This document shows, piece by piece, positions 28,479 through 38,707 of a stretch of DNA of 64,000 bases (its first letter is position 1; the number at the start of each line of letters is the position of its first letter). This DNA is from Candidatus Latescibacterota bacterium. GTDB lineage: Bacteria > Latescibacterota > UBA2968 > UBA8231. The stretch spans positions 3,008,001 to 3,072,000 of the forward strand of contig OZ242214.1 in the NCBI GenBank assembly GCA_965206595.1. Direction: 5' to 3'. The position numbers and the translations under genes were made by a program. Under the pieces are notes generated by a model. That model was given only the letters and a program-made list of their open reading frames with translations, did no database searches and was not told the origin of the DNA.

Positions 28479-31400
28479 TCAGTACTGCAGGTGCCCGCCC
28501 GCGTCCGCGTCCCTTTCGATTGCGGCCTGCTCGATTCGCATGCGGCGGTTGCCGGTCTCGTACGCCGCCAGGCCCCGCACCGGTTCGTCGGGGCCGCGGC
28601 CGAGGCGGCCCCTGACGGTTACCCCGCCCGGCAAGGGGAAGGAGTACCCGACCGGCCCGCTCGCCGGTTCCGGGGTTATGGTCCTGACCTGCGGCTCCGG
28701 CCTGCCCTGAGGCAAGACCCGGTACCGTTGCCCCGCCACCGTTACGAACCTCAGTATATCGCCTTCCAGCTGGGTTCCGTCCCCGGCGGCATCCCCCTTT
28801 TCTTCCAGCAAGCTGTCCCCCGCGGGGCCTTCCCCTGCTCCTTCCGGCACGGTCCCGTCAGCCGCGGCATCCCCTTCCCCCGCACCGATCCCGCTGAGCA
28901 GACACGGCCCGCCCCAGGGATTGCGCAGGCGACACTCCTCCCCAAGCCGGGACTCGATCTCGACGAACTCCACCTCCCCCCCGCGGATCGACGACGTCAC
29001 CAGAAAGCCGCCCCGGGCCAGCAGGCGGAACGAGGCTTCCCATTCCTTCGGCCAGGCCGGAAACACGCGGATGACCTCCGGCTCTCCCGGCCGCGGGGAC
29101 ACGCTCTGCATCAGTCCCTGCTGCAAGGTCCCGGCCGCCATCCCCGAGGGCTCCAGTCCCATCGACTGGATCCCCTGCTCGAAGCAGCTCAGGCCGTTGG
29201 CGAGGTAGGGCTTGTACAGGCTGTAGTGGGCGGCGAGCAGGGCGGGCAGCTCTTCGCCGCGGCCGGCCAGGGGAAAGGCGATCGGGGTGCGCACCAGCGA
29301 CGGCCGCCAATGCCTGCCGGTCATCGCCTTGCGGTGGTTGGGGCAGAGGTCGAGCAGCCGCCGCACCATCGCCGCTTGCGCATCGTCGCCGCTCTCCAGG
29401 GTCCAGGCCTCGAAGGTCTCGACCGGGTGCGCCCAGACGTCCTCGCTCGGGAAGTCCTCCCCCGGGACGTCGATGTGGCCGAGGTGGCCGGCGGCCCAGA
29501 CGTCGTCGGCCAGGGTCCCGAAGGTCAGGGCCTTCGACTCCGGGTCGCTCCCCATCGGGTAGGGGGCGAGGTTCTCGAGCAGGTCCCGCCAGCGCTCCCG
29601 CAGGCCGGCGTCGACCCCGAGGATCTCCGCGGCGCGGACGGCGGGCCCGGCGATGCCGCGGATCGCCGCCAGGTCCTTGAGGCTGTCCTTCACCAGGTAG
29701 AAGGACTCCATGACGTTGGTCCCCTCGAGGTGGTAGAGGCCGTCCTCCTCCTTGACGGCGAGGTGCCGGTAGAACTCGGCGGCGCCGCGCAGCAGCGGAT
29801 AGGCCCTGTCGCGCAGCCAGTCCTCGTCCCCGGTGCGGCGGTACCGCCACCAGGCGTGCAGGGCGATCTTGCTGCCCGTCGAGACGATGTGGGCGATGGC
29901 GGCGAACGGCCGCAGTCCCCGGCGCGCCTCCTCCTCCTTGTTGCCGTCGAACGCCGAGCTGTAGTAGAGGTGGGAGTCGTGCTGGCAGAGGACGCGGGTG
30001 CGCGCCGACAGGGTGCCGCTGCCGGTCCTGCCGAGGAAGTAGTCGCGGAACTCCCGGGCGCATTCTTCCGGAAGCAGCACCGGTCCGTCGGCAGGGCTGG
30101 TCTCGGGAAACAGGGCGCCCGCGGCCACCCCCCAGCGCTGACGGGCGGCCTCCTCGCACAGGGGCAGCTGGCGCGAGTACATGTCGAAGTAGGGCTCGCA
30201 CAGGTCGACGGCGTCGGCGGCCTGGAGCGGCCGGTACATCATCTCGACGATCCAGTGCCAGAGCTGGGTGCCGAGATGGGGGATGTCCCCCTCGGTCTGG
30301 AAGATCAGGCCGGCCCCCTGCGGCACCGGACCGGGGCCGCGCGACGAGGAGGCGGCGTAGTACAGGTGCAGGGTGCGGACGCGCTCGAGGTAGTCGGCGA
30401 AGCCGTCGTCGCTGGTCAGGTGCACGAAGGACCGGGACCAGAAACGGTGCCACCATTCCGCGTGCTCCTCCCGCAACATTTCATATGACATGCCGGCCGC
30501 GGCGTCGAGCAGCTCCAGAGCCCTGTCGCCGGTGCCGCCGGAATCCGGGCCTGCCGCATCGGGCTCGAGTAGCTCCAGGGCCCTTTCCCCCGTGCCGCCG
30601 GCGTCCGGGCCTGCTTTCGCGGCGCTGGAGAGCAGCACCGAGCGGACTCCGTTTTGCGCGGGAAGCACCAGCGTGCGCGCCTCGGGCCGGCCCTTGGAGA
30701 TCGCCTCGCGCTCGTTTGTGATGCCGAGCGGCTTCTCGTCCCACAGCAGGGCCGCCGGCTTCCAGGCGGCCTCGTGCGCCTCGACGGGGGGGTTCGCTCC
30801 CGGAACCGCCACGGCCACAGCGGACCCGGCGCGGTACTCCTCGTCGCGGAAGAACCGCTTCTCCTCGAACTCCTGCACCACCAGCAGCCTGCCGCCGGAG
30901 CCTTCGAAGCGGTAGCGGGCCGTGTGCACCCCGGTCTCGATCTCCTCGGGAATCCAGCGCTTGGCGTTCCAGAGATTGAGGGGCGTGGTCACCTCCGGTG
31001 CCCGCCACATCGACAGGGTCACGCGGATCTCCCGCGGCCGCACGCGCCGGTCGTCGACCTCCACCGCGAGGAGGTCGCGGGCCGAGGAGAGGAAGCAGCG
31101 CACCTGCACCCCGTCTCCGGAGATGGCGACCTCGGCGTCGTACAGGGAGAGGTGCTGGCGGAAGGCATCCCCGGCCGCGAACGCCTGGCCACCTACATCT
31201 ATCTCGATGCGGGCGCAGCCGCCGCGGTAGTCGACCGGGCTGCGGTGCGAGCCGGCGTGGTTGCGGTCCGAGGAGAAGAGGTCGCGCCGGTTGAGGTGGA
31301 AGCGCACCGAGCCCGGCGTCGTCCAGACCGTCGTCCCCATCATGCCGTTGCCGATCGGGGTCCCGTCGATCGACACCTCCGCGGGGCTGTGGTAGACGAG

Positions 31401-31580
31401 GTCGGCGCGCGAGACCAGGGCGCGGTAATCGACTGCGATCCCGTCAACCATCCGGGGTGTTCCGGGGCGGGGATACGGCTGAAGATTTACCCATCCCGGG
31501 CCCGTGGAGCTCTGGTTTTCACTTCCCCCCGGCTGACCGTGGGGCTTTGCTTCGATGGGTCGCGTGCCGTATCGGGACAT
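28479..31580 (-). CDS. Glycoside hydrolase, GH95/GH65-like (alpha/alpha)6 family
   Basis: PIGNGMMG, HAEWWHRFWSRS, YPLLRGAAEFY, RVFPAWPKEW...LARGGFLVTS; start uncertain (31580 or 31451). Confidence 0.8.
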   Translation of the reverse strand: MSRYGTRPIEAKPHGQPGGSENQSSTGPGWVNLQPYPRPGTPRMVDGIAVDYRALVSRADLVYHSPAEVSIDGTPIGNGMMGTTVWTTPGSVRFHLNRRDLFSSDRNHAGSHRSPVDYRGGCARIEIDVGGQAFAAGDAFRQHLSLYDAEVAISGDGVQVRCFLSSARDLLAVEVDDRRVRPREIRVTLSMWRAPEVTTPLNLWNAKRWIPEEIETGVHTARYRFEGSGGRLLVVQEFEEKRFFRDEEYRAGSAVAVAVPGANPPVEAHEAAWKPAALLWDEKPLGITNEREAISKGRPEARTLVLPAQNGVRSVLLSSAAKAGPDAGGTGERALELLEPDAAGPDSGGTGDRALELLDAAAGMSYEMLREEHAEWWHRFWSRSFVHLTSDDGFADYLERVRTLHLYYAASSSRGPGPVPQGAGLIFQTEGDIPHLGTQLWHWIVEMMYRPLQAADAVDLCEPYFDMYSRQLPLCEEAARQRWGVAAGALFPETSPADGPVLLPEECAREFRDYFLGRTGSGTLSARTRVLCQHDSHLYYSSAFDGNKEEEARRGLRPFAAIAHIVSTGSKIALHAWWRYRRTGDEDWLRDRAYPLLRGAAEFYRHLAVKEEDGLYHLEGTNVMESFYLVKDSLKDLAAIRGIAGPAVRAAEILGVDAGLRERWRDLLENLAPYPMGSDPESKALTFGTLADDVWAAGHLGHIDVPGEDFPSEDVWAHPVETFEAWTLESGDDAQAAMVRRLLDLCPNHRKAMTGRHWRPSLVRTPIAFPLAGRGEELPALLAAHYSLYKPYLANGLSCFEQGIQSMGLEPSGMAAGTLQQGLMQSVSPRPGEPEVIRVFPAWPKEWEASFRLLARGGFLVTSSIRGGEVEFVEIESRLGEECRLRNPWGGPCLLSGIGAGEGDAAADGTVPEGAGEGPAGDSLLEEKGDAAGDGTQLEGDILRFVTVAGQRYRVLPQGRPEPQVRTITPEPASGPVGYSFPLPGGVTVRGRLGRGPDEPVRGLAAYETGNRRMRIEQAAIERDADAGGHLQY
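30505..30614 (-). repeat. In-frame 60-bp tandem duplication inside the hydrolase
   Basis: AGPDAGGTGERALELL / AGPDSGGTGDRALELL; copies at 30505 and 30565. Confidence 0.85.
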
Positions 31581-31835
31581 TTCTAAAGGTGTTATCCTTC
31601 CTTTGGTCCGGATTGGGGAAATCGGAGTTCGGCGGTTTCGCCCCTCCAGTCACACTGAAGCGTTTTCCGGCTTGATCTTTTCCCGGAGGAGCTCGATCCG
31701 GATGCCATCCCAACTCGATCACTCCTTTCAAACAATGCCTTCTCCGCCGCAACCAAAAACCGGTCGATGGTTCCTCTGCAAGCCAGCCCGCAGGCCGGCA
31801 GCCCGGAGGGAGAACCGGCCGACAGGGACCACGCC

Positions 31836-33071
31836 ATGAACAGGGACGAGCTTCACGCCAAAGCGGTCCGCCTGGAGCGGGAGCTTCGGGAGACCCGCGA
31901 ACTTCTGCGCCGGGCCTGCCACGACCCCGGTGCTTTTACCGCGGAGCTGGTAAGCACTCGCGCCTACGCTTTCAACGCCGCACGACCGGTCGCCGAGGTG
32001 GTGAGCGGTTGTGCCGATTCCCTGGACCGGTACGGGTTCTGCGTCATCGACAAGGTGATCCCGGACGGGGAGGTGGAGGCCATCCGGGAGGAGGTGGCAG
32101 CCGCCCGGGACGTCATCTCCCGCAACATCCAGGCGATCAGAGAGCTTTCTGGTAAAGATGCGCCCCCGGGGGCGCCGCCGGAAGGCGCCGGAGGGGGAGT
32201 GGAGCTGCGCCCGGTGCGCCGCCTCGGGCACCCGCCCAAACCTCCCAACGACATCGTCCGGATGCCCCGCTTCGCCCGCCATCTGGCTTCCCCGGTTGTA
32301 ACCGCCCTGGCGCGCTGCGTCCTCGACGACCACCTGCGCATCGCCCAGCTGCATCCGCGCATCGTCGAGGCGGGCAAGCCCGACGGAACCGGGGTGGCGG
32401 CCCACCGGGAACGCGCCGGCGTGCGCGGATGGCACACGGACTGGCCCCACGACCTGTCGGCCTACGGCATGGGATCGCCCCTGGAAAACGCCGGCTGCAT
32501 CCGCCAGCCCTTCCCGGACGTAACCATGTGTCTGGTGATGATCTGGTATCTCACCGACGTCGATGAAAACTCCGGCGGCACCTGGGCGGTCCCCGGATCG
32601 CACAAGGACAAACGCAACCCGCGCGGCCCCGGCGACGGCATCATGGTCACCGCTCCGATCCCCGGTGACATGCAAGTGAGGGCGAAGGCCGGATCGGTGT
32701 ATATCCAGGACTCCCGTACCTGGCATGCCTCCCCCCGGCACAACCGCAGCGGCCGGGACCGGGCGGCCATGGTGACCCGCTGGTGTCCCTGGTGGTTGTC
32801 GGTCGACGACTACGCCCCGGGCGATGCCTTCAGCACCAGCATCGTCTGCCGGCCGCTCTCCCAAGAGGAGTATCTCGCCTTGCCTGAGGCCCTGCGGCCG
32901 CTGATGAGGCACCTCTGTCCCGGTGAGCGGGACACCCTGCAGCAGCCGGTGCTCGACCGCTCCGAGGCGGCCGATCGTCAGAACCAGCGGGGATTCCGCC
33001 TGCTGGAGGAAAACCCGCAAGCCCTGGCACAGGCCAACGCCCACATCCGGGTCCCGGTGGAGGATCGGTGA
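31836..33071 (+). CDS. Phytanoyl-CoA dioxygenase (PhyH) family Fe(II)/2OG oxygenase
   Basis: GWHTDWPHD (HxD), NSGGTWAVPGSH, GSVYIQDSRTWH. Confidence 0.9.
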   Translation: MNRDELHAKAVRLERELRETRELLRRACHDPGAFTAELVSTRAYAFNAARPVAEVVSGCADSLDRYGFCVIDKVIPDGEVEAIREEVAAARDVISRNIQAIRELSGKDAPPGAPPEGAGGGVELRPVRRLGHPPKPPNDIVRMPRFARHLASPVVTALARCVLDDHLRIAQLHPRIVEAGKPDGTGVAAHRERAGVRGWHTDWPHDLSAYGMGSPLENAGCIRQPFPDVTMCLVMIWYLTDVDENSGGTWAVPGSHKDKRNPRGPGDGIMVTAPIPGDMQVRAKAGSVYIQDSRTWHASPRHNRSGRDRAAMVTRWCPWWLSVDDYAPGDAFSTSIVCRPLSQEEYLALPEALRPLMRHLCPGERDTLQQPVLDRSEAADRQNQRGFRLLEENPQALAQANAHIRVPVEDR

Positions 33072-33093
33072 CGCCGGGGGAGCGAGAGTGCGC

Positions 33094-33459
33094 ATGAGCC
33101 GCAAGAGCGAAACCTGCTTCGGCAGCCGGACAGCCGGAGCGCTGACCGAGTACGACTCGGAATTCGACGCCCGGGAAGCGGCCGAGTACGCCAACAGCCG
33201 CTACCGCAGGAACCTGGTCCCCTATCGGTGCGACCGCTGCGGCATGTGGCATCTCGCACCCGGCAGCAGGAACACCCCGAGCCGGCCGTGCGGCTACTGC
33301 ACCGGCAGGGACGGCCTGCCCAAGGAGTCCTACCGCAGCCGCGAGGCCGCGGCCCTCCGGGCGGAGATCCTGCGCAAGGAAGAAGGGGCTTCGCTGCAGG
33401 TGTACGCCTGCCAGTACGGCGACGGCTGGCACCTCACCGGCAGCCGACGGCGGCCTTGA
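33094..33459 (+). CDS. Small hypothetical protein with two tandem Cys/His putative zinc-binding repeats
   Basis: YxS...A...A...LxxYxCxx(C/G)..WHL occurs twice, with a CxxC between the copies. Confidence 0.7.
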   Translation: MSRKSETCFGSRTAGALTEYDSEFDAREAAEYANSRYRRNLVPYRCDRCGMWHLAPGSRNTPSRPCGYCTGRDGLPKESYRSREAAALRAEILRKEEGASLQVYACQYGDGWHLTGSRRRP

Positions 33460-33496
33460 GGGGCGTCACCAGGATTCACCGGAACGGAAAATCATC

Positions 33497-34267
33497 ATGC
33501 CCCCCGATATCGACCGCTACGTCGAGGCAGTCCTGACCAGGGGCCACTGCCTGCTCGAGAACCAGTTTCCCCGCGACGCCGTCGAAGCCTGCCGCGCCGG
33601 GTTTCTCCCCCTGCTCGAGGAGGTGGCGCGCCGCATCCCGGAAGGGAACCGCGGCCCCAACCGCTGGGCCATCGGCCTGCCGTTCGCGCCCCCCTTCTAT
33701 CACTCCGCCTTCTTTCTCGACGAGACCGTAAACCGGATCTGCAGCCGCATCCTCGGAGACGACATGCACGTCGTCTACTACGGCACCGACACCCCTGTCG
33801 CCGGCTCCGGGTACCAGAAGGTGCATGCCGACATACCGATGCTGTTCCCCGAGGACCCCAACCACAGGCATCCCCCCGCGACCCTGTCGGTGCGTTTCAC
33901 CTTCGGCGACATGACGATGGAGAACGGACCTTTCGAAGTGGCCCCGGGTATGCAGCACCTGCCACGGCAGGAGACGCTGGCCCGGCTGGAATCAAGGGAG
34001 CTGCCGCTGGAGCCGCTGCTGCTAAAGGTCGGGGACGTGATCGTGTCGGACGCCCGCACTCCGCATCGAGGCACCCCCAACCATACCCGCGAGCCGCGGC
34101 CGTTCGCGGTCATCGTATACAACCGCTCCTGGTACTTCACCGAGTCGATGGATGTGCGCGAGCTCGAGGCCAACGAGGAGACCCCGAGGCTCACCGAGTC
34201 TTTCTACCGGTCCCTGTCGGAGAAGGAGCAATTCCTGCTGCGCCGGCTGAAGCGGCAGCCGGGCTAG
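33497..34267 (+). CDS. PhyH family dioxygenase
   Basis: QKVHAD (HxD), ENGPFEVAPG, GDVIVSDARTPHRG. Confidence 0.9.
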   Translation: MPPDIDRYVEAVLTRGHCLLENQFPRDAVEACRAGFLPLLEEVARRIPEGNRGPNRWAIGLPFAPPFYHSAFFLDETVNRICSRILGDDMHVVYYGTDTPVAGSGYQKVHADIPMLFPEDPNHRHPPATLSVRFTFGDMTMENGPFEVAPGMQHLPRQETLARLESRELPLEPLLLKVGDVIVSDARTPHRGTPNHTREPRPFAVIVYNRSWYFTESMDVRELEANEETPRLTESFYRSLSEKEQFLLRRLKRQPG

Positions 34268-34291
34268 TTTTCTGGGGCTGCCCGGACTACT

Positions 34292-35263
34292 TCAGTGGAC
34301 CTTCCGCGCGCGGTAGTCGGCCATGACCTGCTCGGTGCGGCGCAGGAGGTGCTCGTCCTTCTCGCTGCGCACCGCGGTGGGGTCCATCCCCGACCAGTCG
34401 TAGTACCCCTTCCCCGACTTCAGTCCCGTCTCGCCGCGCTCGACCATGGCCCGCAGGTAGGCCAGCGCTTCCTCCCAGCCCCCTAGGTGTCTCCACAGGT
34501 GGCCGGCCACGTTCACGTGCATCGCGAGCCCGTTGATGTCGCGCTGCTTGAGGGGGCCGGCGGTGGTGAACCGCGGGGCCAGGCCCAGCTCGACGGCCAG
34601 GTCGATGGACTCGGCGTCGGCCACGCCGGTGACCAGCAGGTTCACGGCCTCGCAGATCACGGCGTGCTGCAGGCGGTTGCACAGGAAGCCGGGCACGTCC
34701 TTCTCGACGCGCAGGGGGATCTTGTCCAGCCGCCGCCAGATCTCGCAGGAGCGGTCCATGGCCTCGTCCGAGGTCCTGTTCCCGCGGATGACCTCCAGGA
34801 CGGGGACGATGTGGGCGGGCTGGAAGAAGTGGGAGCCGGCGATGCGGTCCGGGTGGGCCATGCGCTCGCCGAGCTGGGTGATGGGCAGGCCGGAGGTGTT
34901 GCTCGCCAGCACCGTGTCCCGGGGGGCCGCCGCGTCCATGCGCCGGAAGACCTCCTGCTTGGCCTCGAGGTTCTCCGTGATCGATTCGACGACGAACTGC
35001 GCGGTGCCGACGGCTTCCTCCAGCTCCGTGGTGGTGCGGATGCGGCCGGCCACGGCTGCGGCCGTCTCGCCCTTCAGCAGATCGTGCCGCTGCAGGTCGC
35101 CGGCGCCCCGCCGGATGCTGTCCATGGCCTGGTCCAGGGTTTCCTGGCGCCGGCTCACCAGCACCGTTTCCCTGCTGCCGAGGGCCAGCACCAGGGCGAT
35201 CTGGCTGCCCATGAGGCCGCCTCCGACGACGGCCGACTTCTCGATAAACAGATCCGGTTCCAT
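34292..35263 (-). CDS. 3-hydroxyacyl-CoA dehydrogenase family protein
   Basis: GGGLMG, ESITENLEAK, LASNTSG, HFFQP, PGFLCNRLQ, GLKSGKGYYDW. Confidence 0.93.
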   Translation of the reverse strand: MEPDLFIEKSAVVGGGLMGSQIALVLALGSRETVLVSRRQETLDQAMDSIRRGAGDLQRHDLLKGETAAAVAGRIRTTTELEEAVGTAQFVVESITENLEAKQEVFRRMDAAAPRDTVLASNTSGLPITQLGERMAHPDRIAGSHFFQPAHIVPVLEVIRGNRTSDEAMDRSCEIWRRLDKIPLRVEKDVPGFLCNRLQHAVICEAVNLLVTGVADAESIDLAVELGLAPRFTTAGPLKQRDINGLAMHVNVAGHLWRHLGGWEEALAYLRAMVERGETGLKSGKGYYDWSGMDPTAVRSEKDEHLLRRTEQVMADYRARKVH

Positions 35264-35297
35264 TCTCTTCCGCCTCCTTTGCGGGTTTGCCTGGTCT

Positions 35298-36644
35298 TCA
35301 CCTTGCAGCGGCCGCCCCGCCGGCACCGCGACCGGCGGCCGGTGACTGGAGCGTGCCTTTCACGACGTGCAGCGATTCCTCGGCCGCCTGAAGCGTGCGG
35401 TCGACGTCGCCGGCGCTGTGCGCCAGCGACAGGTAGAGCTTGCCCCCGGGGGTGACCAGGACGCCGCGGCGGATCATCTCCACGCCGAAGCGGCGGGCCG
35501 CCCCGGCGTCGGCCCTCAGCCCGTCGATGTGGTTGCGGACCGGCGCCTCGGTGAACACCGGCTGCAGCACCGGACCGTCGCCGATCACCTGAAAGGGGAG
35601 CTCCAGGCGCCGGCCGGCCTCCTCCAGGCCCTGCCGCAGGCGGTCCGAGGTCTCGAAAAGCCGCGGGTAGACCCCCTCCTTCTCCAGCTCGTCCAGGGTC
35701 GCCAGGCCCGCGGCGCAGCCCACGGGATTGCCGTTCATGGTGCCGCTGGCGAAGACGTACCCGCTCTCGGCCTTGCGCCGGGGGTCGGCCAGGGCCATGA
35801 CCTCCTCGCGGCCGCAGACCGCGGCGAGCGGATAGCCGCCGCTGATCGTCTTGCCGTACACGGCCAGGTCCGGGACCACGCCGTAGCGCTCCTGGGCGCC
35901 GCCCCAGGCGAGACGGAAACCGGTGACGATCTCGTCGAAGACCAGCAGCACGCCGTGGGACCGCGTCACCTCCCTCAACCTCTCCAGGAAGCCCGGCTCC
36001 GGGGGAATGGCCCGCTGCAGGGGCTCGACGATGACGGCGGCGAGATCCCTTGCGTGCCCGGCCACGGTGAGAGCCGCGGCCTCGGGGTCGTTGAAAGGGG
36101 CGACGAGAACGGTCCTTGATGCGGCCCCCGGAATCCCCGAGGAATCGGGTACGGGGTTCGGGTACTCCGCGGGGACGGAGGGGGCCGCGCTCTGCAGGGC
36201 GTAGTCGTGGGCCCCGTGCCACCCGCCCTCGAACTTGAGGACCTTCTCCCGGCCGGTGAAGGCCCGGGCCAGGCGCAGGGCGGTGAAGGTTCCCTCGGTT
36301 CCGGAGCTGCCGTAGCGCAGCAGGCCGCCGCAGGGAACGGCCTCGGTGACGCGCCGGGCGAGGCGGAGGGCGGGCTCGTTGAGGCCGTAGAAGGTCGAAC
36401 CCAGCCCCGCCTGCTCGCGCACCGCGGCGACCACCGCGGGGTGGGCGTGTCCCAGGATCAGGGGCCCCGAGCCGAGGACGTAGTCGATGTACTCCTTCCC
36501 GGCCACGTCCCGGATGCGGCTGCCCTCGCCCCGGTGGAACACCGCGGCGACCTCGTCGGGGAGACGGAACATCCCGAAGCAACCCCCCACCAGGACGCGC
36601 TCGGACAGCTCGATCAGACTCTGCTGCAGGCCGGCTCCTTCCAT
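35298..36644 (-). CDS. Class III PLP aminotransferase, glutamate-1-semialdehyde aminomutase-like
   Basis: YIDYVLGSGPLILGH, SSGTE, KFEGGWHG, FDEIVTGFR, YGKTISGGYP, SGTMNGNP; start uncertain. Confidence 0.9.
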   Translation of the reverse strand: MEGAGLQQSLIELSERVLVGGCFGMFRLPDEVAAVFHRGEGSRIRDVAGKEYIDYVLGSGPLILGHAHPAVVAAVREQAGLGSTFYGLNEPALRLARRVTEAVPCGGLLRYGSSGTEGTFTALRLARAFTGREKVLKFEGGWHGAHDYALQSAAPSVPAEYPNPVPDSSGIPGAASRTVLVAPFNDPEAAALTVAGHARDLAAVIVEPLQRAIPPEPGFLERLREVTRSHGVLLVFDEIVTGFRLAWGGAQERYGVVPDLAVYGKTISGGYPLAAVCGREEVMALADPRRKAESGYVFASGTMNGNPVGCAAGLATLDELEKEGVYPRLFETSDRLRQGLEEAGRRLELPFQVIGDGPVLQPVFTEAPVRNHIDGLRADAGAARRFGVEMIRRGVLVTPGGKLYLSLAHSAGDVDRTLQAAEESLHVVKGTLQSPAAGRGAGGAAAAR

Positions 36645-36718
36645 CTGTTCATGGCCTCCCGCGCCGGGCAGGCGCGGTCGTTTCAGTTGCCGCCGTCCAC
36701 AGTCCCCCTCCCGACCCG

Positions 36719-38071
36719 TCACGGAGCAAACTGGTAGACCACCGACAACTGCCCCGGGTCCGTGATCTCCGGGTCCGTGTGGTGGTAGATGCTCACGCCC
36801 CCGGTGCCGCAATCGCCGAAATCGTCGCAGGAGAGCGTGCCGATGAGGCCCTGAAAGCCGGATGTCGCCGCGATACCCTCGCGCAGCGCGGCACGGTCGA
36901 CGTACAACTTGCCGCCCTCGGCCACCGCAACGGATTGGATGGCGCTGAGCAGCACGGTCGTGGCGTCGTAGGCGTGCGCCCAGTACGGAGCGGCATGAGT
37001 CACGCCATAGGTGGTTTCGATCGCCTCGAGAACCGCGTCGGCGTTCTTGTTGGTCGCGGCATTGACGTTCGAGCTGTGCACGGGCTCCGGCCCGGCAAAG
37101 TAGATGCCTTCGGACTGCGGTGTGCCGAGGAATTCCGACAGAAAGAGAGCCGCGTCCGTGATCAGCGTCGCATCTTTAAGGCCGTCGACCTCCCTCACCT
37201 GCTCGGCAAATGGCGAGCCTTCCGCAATGAAAAGCGGGAAGAAGATGCCGTCCGGCTCGGCTGCGGCGAACTCCTCCAGGATGTCCGCCATGTCCGTGGT
37301 CCCCTTCTCGATTCGGGCGTTGCCGGCGACCTCGCCGCCGAGTTCGCGGAACACATTGCCGAAGGCGACGGTCAGGCCCATGGTGTACGGGTCGCCGTCG
37401 TCTATGGACACCATGCGCCGCAGACCCAGTTCACTGTATGCGAAGTCGGCGACCGCTTGCCCCTGATAGAGATCGTTGTTGGCAGTGCGGAAATAGCCGG
37501 GGTGGTAGTCGGGACTCGCGTTGCCGGCGAGGTCGGATGTGAGCGCAGGCGAGGTGTTGGCCGGCGAAATCATAACCAGCCCCGCTTCGCTGAGCAGCGG
37601 CGAGGCCGCCACTGCCGCGCCCGAGCACAAAGTGCCGATGACGGCGACTACCTGTGGGTCGGCGATGATCTGCTCGGCACTTGCGCGTCCCCCTTCCGCC
37701 GAACACCCGCCGTCTAGCGGTTCGCCGAGCTCGACCTCGAGACCGTGGATGCTGCCGAAGTCCCGGACAGCCAACTCGGTGCTGTACCGCAACCACTCGG
37801 CAACCGACGGCACGACGACGTGCGCGAGCACCGAACGGATCTGGATGGCCTCGCCGGCGCCGATCTCGACCGCGCCGAGCGGTCCGGCCTCGAAGGCGGG
37901 CGCTTCTGCCCGCGACTCGGCCAGCCCCGCGACCGGGGCGCTCAGGGTCAGGCTGCTGCTTGTGCGCTTGCCGGACGCCTCGCCCGGAGAGTTGGAGGAA
38001 ACGGGATCGCGGTCCGAGCAGGCGCCCAGGACCAGGAGGCCGGGGAGCAGGAAGGAAAGGGCGGATTTCAT
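36719..38071 (-). CDS. Branched-chain amino-acid ABC-type solute-binding lipoprotein (no permease nearby)
   Basis: AAAGGAGG RBS; VLGAC lipobox; VIGTLCSGA, MISPANTSPALT, YFRTANND, AYDA. Confidence 0.88.
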   Translation of the reverse strand: MKSALSFLLPGLLVLGACSDRDPVSSNSPGEASGKRTSSSLTLSAPVAGLAESRAEAPAFEAGPLGAVEIGAGEAIQIRSVLAHVVVPSVAEWLRYSTELAVRDFGSIHGLEVELGEPLDGGCSAEGGRASAEQIIADPQVVAVIGTLCSGAAVAASPLLSEAGLVMISPANTSPALTSDLAGNASPDYHPGYFRTANNDLYQGQAVADFAYSELGLRRMVSIDDGDPYTMGLTVAFGNVFRELGGEVAGNARIEKGTTDMADILEEFAAAEPDGIFFPLFIAEGSPFAEQVREVDGLKDATLITDAALFLSEFLGTPQSEGIYFAGPEPVHSSNVNAATNKNADAVLEAIETTYGVTHAAPYWAHAYDATTVLLSAIQSVAVAEGGKLYVDRAALREGIAATSGFQGLIGTLSCDDFGDCGTGGVSIYHHTDPEITDPGQLSVVYQFAP

Positions 38072-38197
38072 GGGATTCCTCCTTTGGAGATTGGGTTGAT
38101 GCCTCGGTTGAGGCAGGGCAAGCATGTGACCGGTACCGGAGGCAAGGATCTGGCCCCCTGTGGGCGGTATGCCGTTTCCAGCGGCAGTATCGCCGAT

Positions 38198-38707
38198 TCA
38201 GTTCGTATCGACGATGGCGACGCCGTCGCGCATTTCGATAACCAGCACGCGGTCCCCGGGATTGAGAGGGACCTTGTCCTCCGCCCGGCGCGCCAGGAGC
38301 TCGATGGTGCGGCCCTGGATGGTTCCGGAAATTTTCCCGGTGCCGCCGGTGCCGATGGGAATGGTGACTTCGGCTTCGAGGCCGACCAGGTCGTCCCCTT
38401 CCAGGGAACTGTCCGCGGTGGAGGTGCTCAGGCGGCTGAGAACCCAGTCTCCCAGGAAGGCGCAGACCATACCTGTACCCAGCGCCGTGAACAACGCCGC
38501 ACCCTGCCCCATCAACTGGCTGCCGAGAATTCCCGCCAGCCCGAAGAAGAAGGCGAAGAACAACAGCGTCCTGAGCCGCAGGAAGGCCAGCGCCCTCAGC
38601 CCGTCCCCCAGGCCATCGCCGTCTCCCCCGAAAAGCGAGGCGCCGACGGCGATGCCGCCGACGATCAGCCCGCTCAGGTACAGGTAGAAGAGATCCACGC
38701 TACCCAT
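38198..38707 (-). CDS. NfeD-like membrane protein (flotillin partner)
   Basis: Three hydrophobic helices followed by an OB-fold-like LVGLEAEVTIPI...GKI...GDRVLVIEMRDGVAIV; overlaps the flotillin stop. Confidence 0.85.
   Translation of the reverse strand: MGSVDLFYLYLSGLIVGGIAVGASLFGGDGDGLGDGLRALAFLRLRTLLFFAFFFGLAGILGSQLMGQGAALFTALGTGMVCAFLGDWVLSRLSTSTADSSLEGDDLVGLEAEVTIPIGTGGTGKISGTIQGRTIELLARRAEDKVPLNPGDRVLVIEMRDGVAIVDTN

Noticed and set aside
28491-30488. Long alternative ORFs (665 aa here; also 38817..40280, 42629..44410, 20890..22278)
   Set aside because: They are antisense shadows of well-supported genes in high-GC DNA, with no motifs of their own apart from the 45-codon tail noted at 40146.
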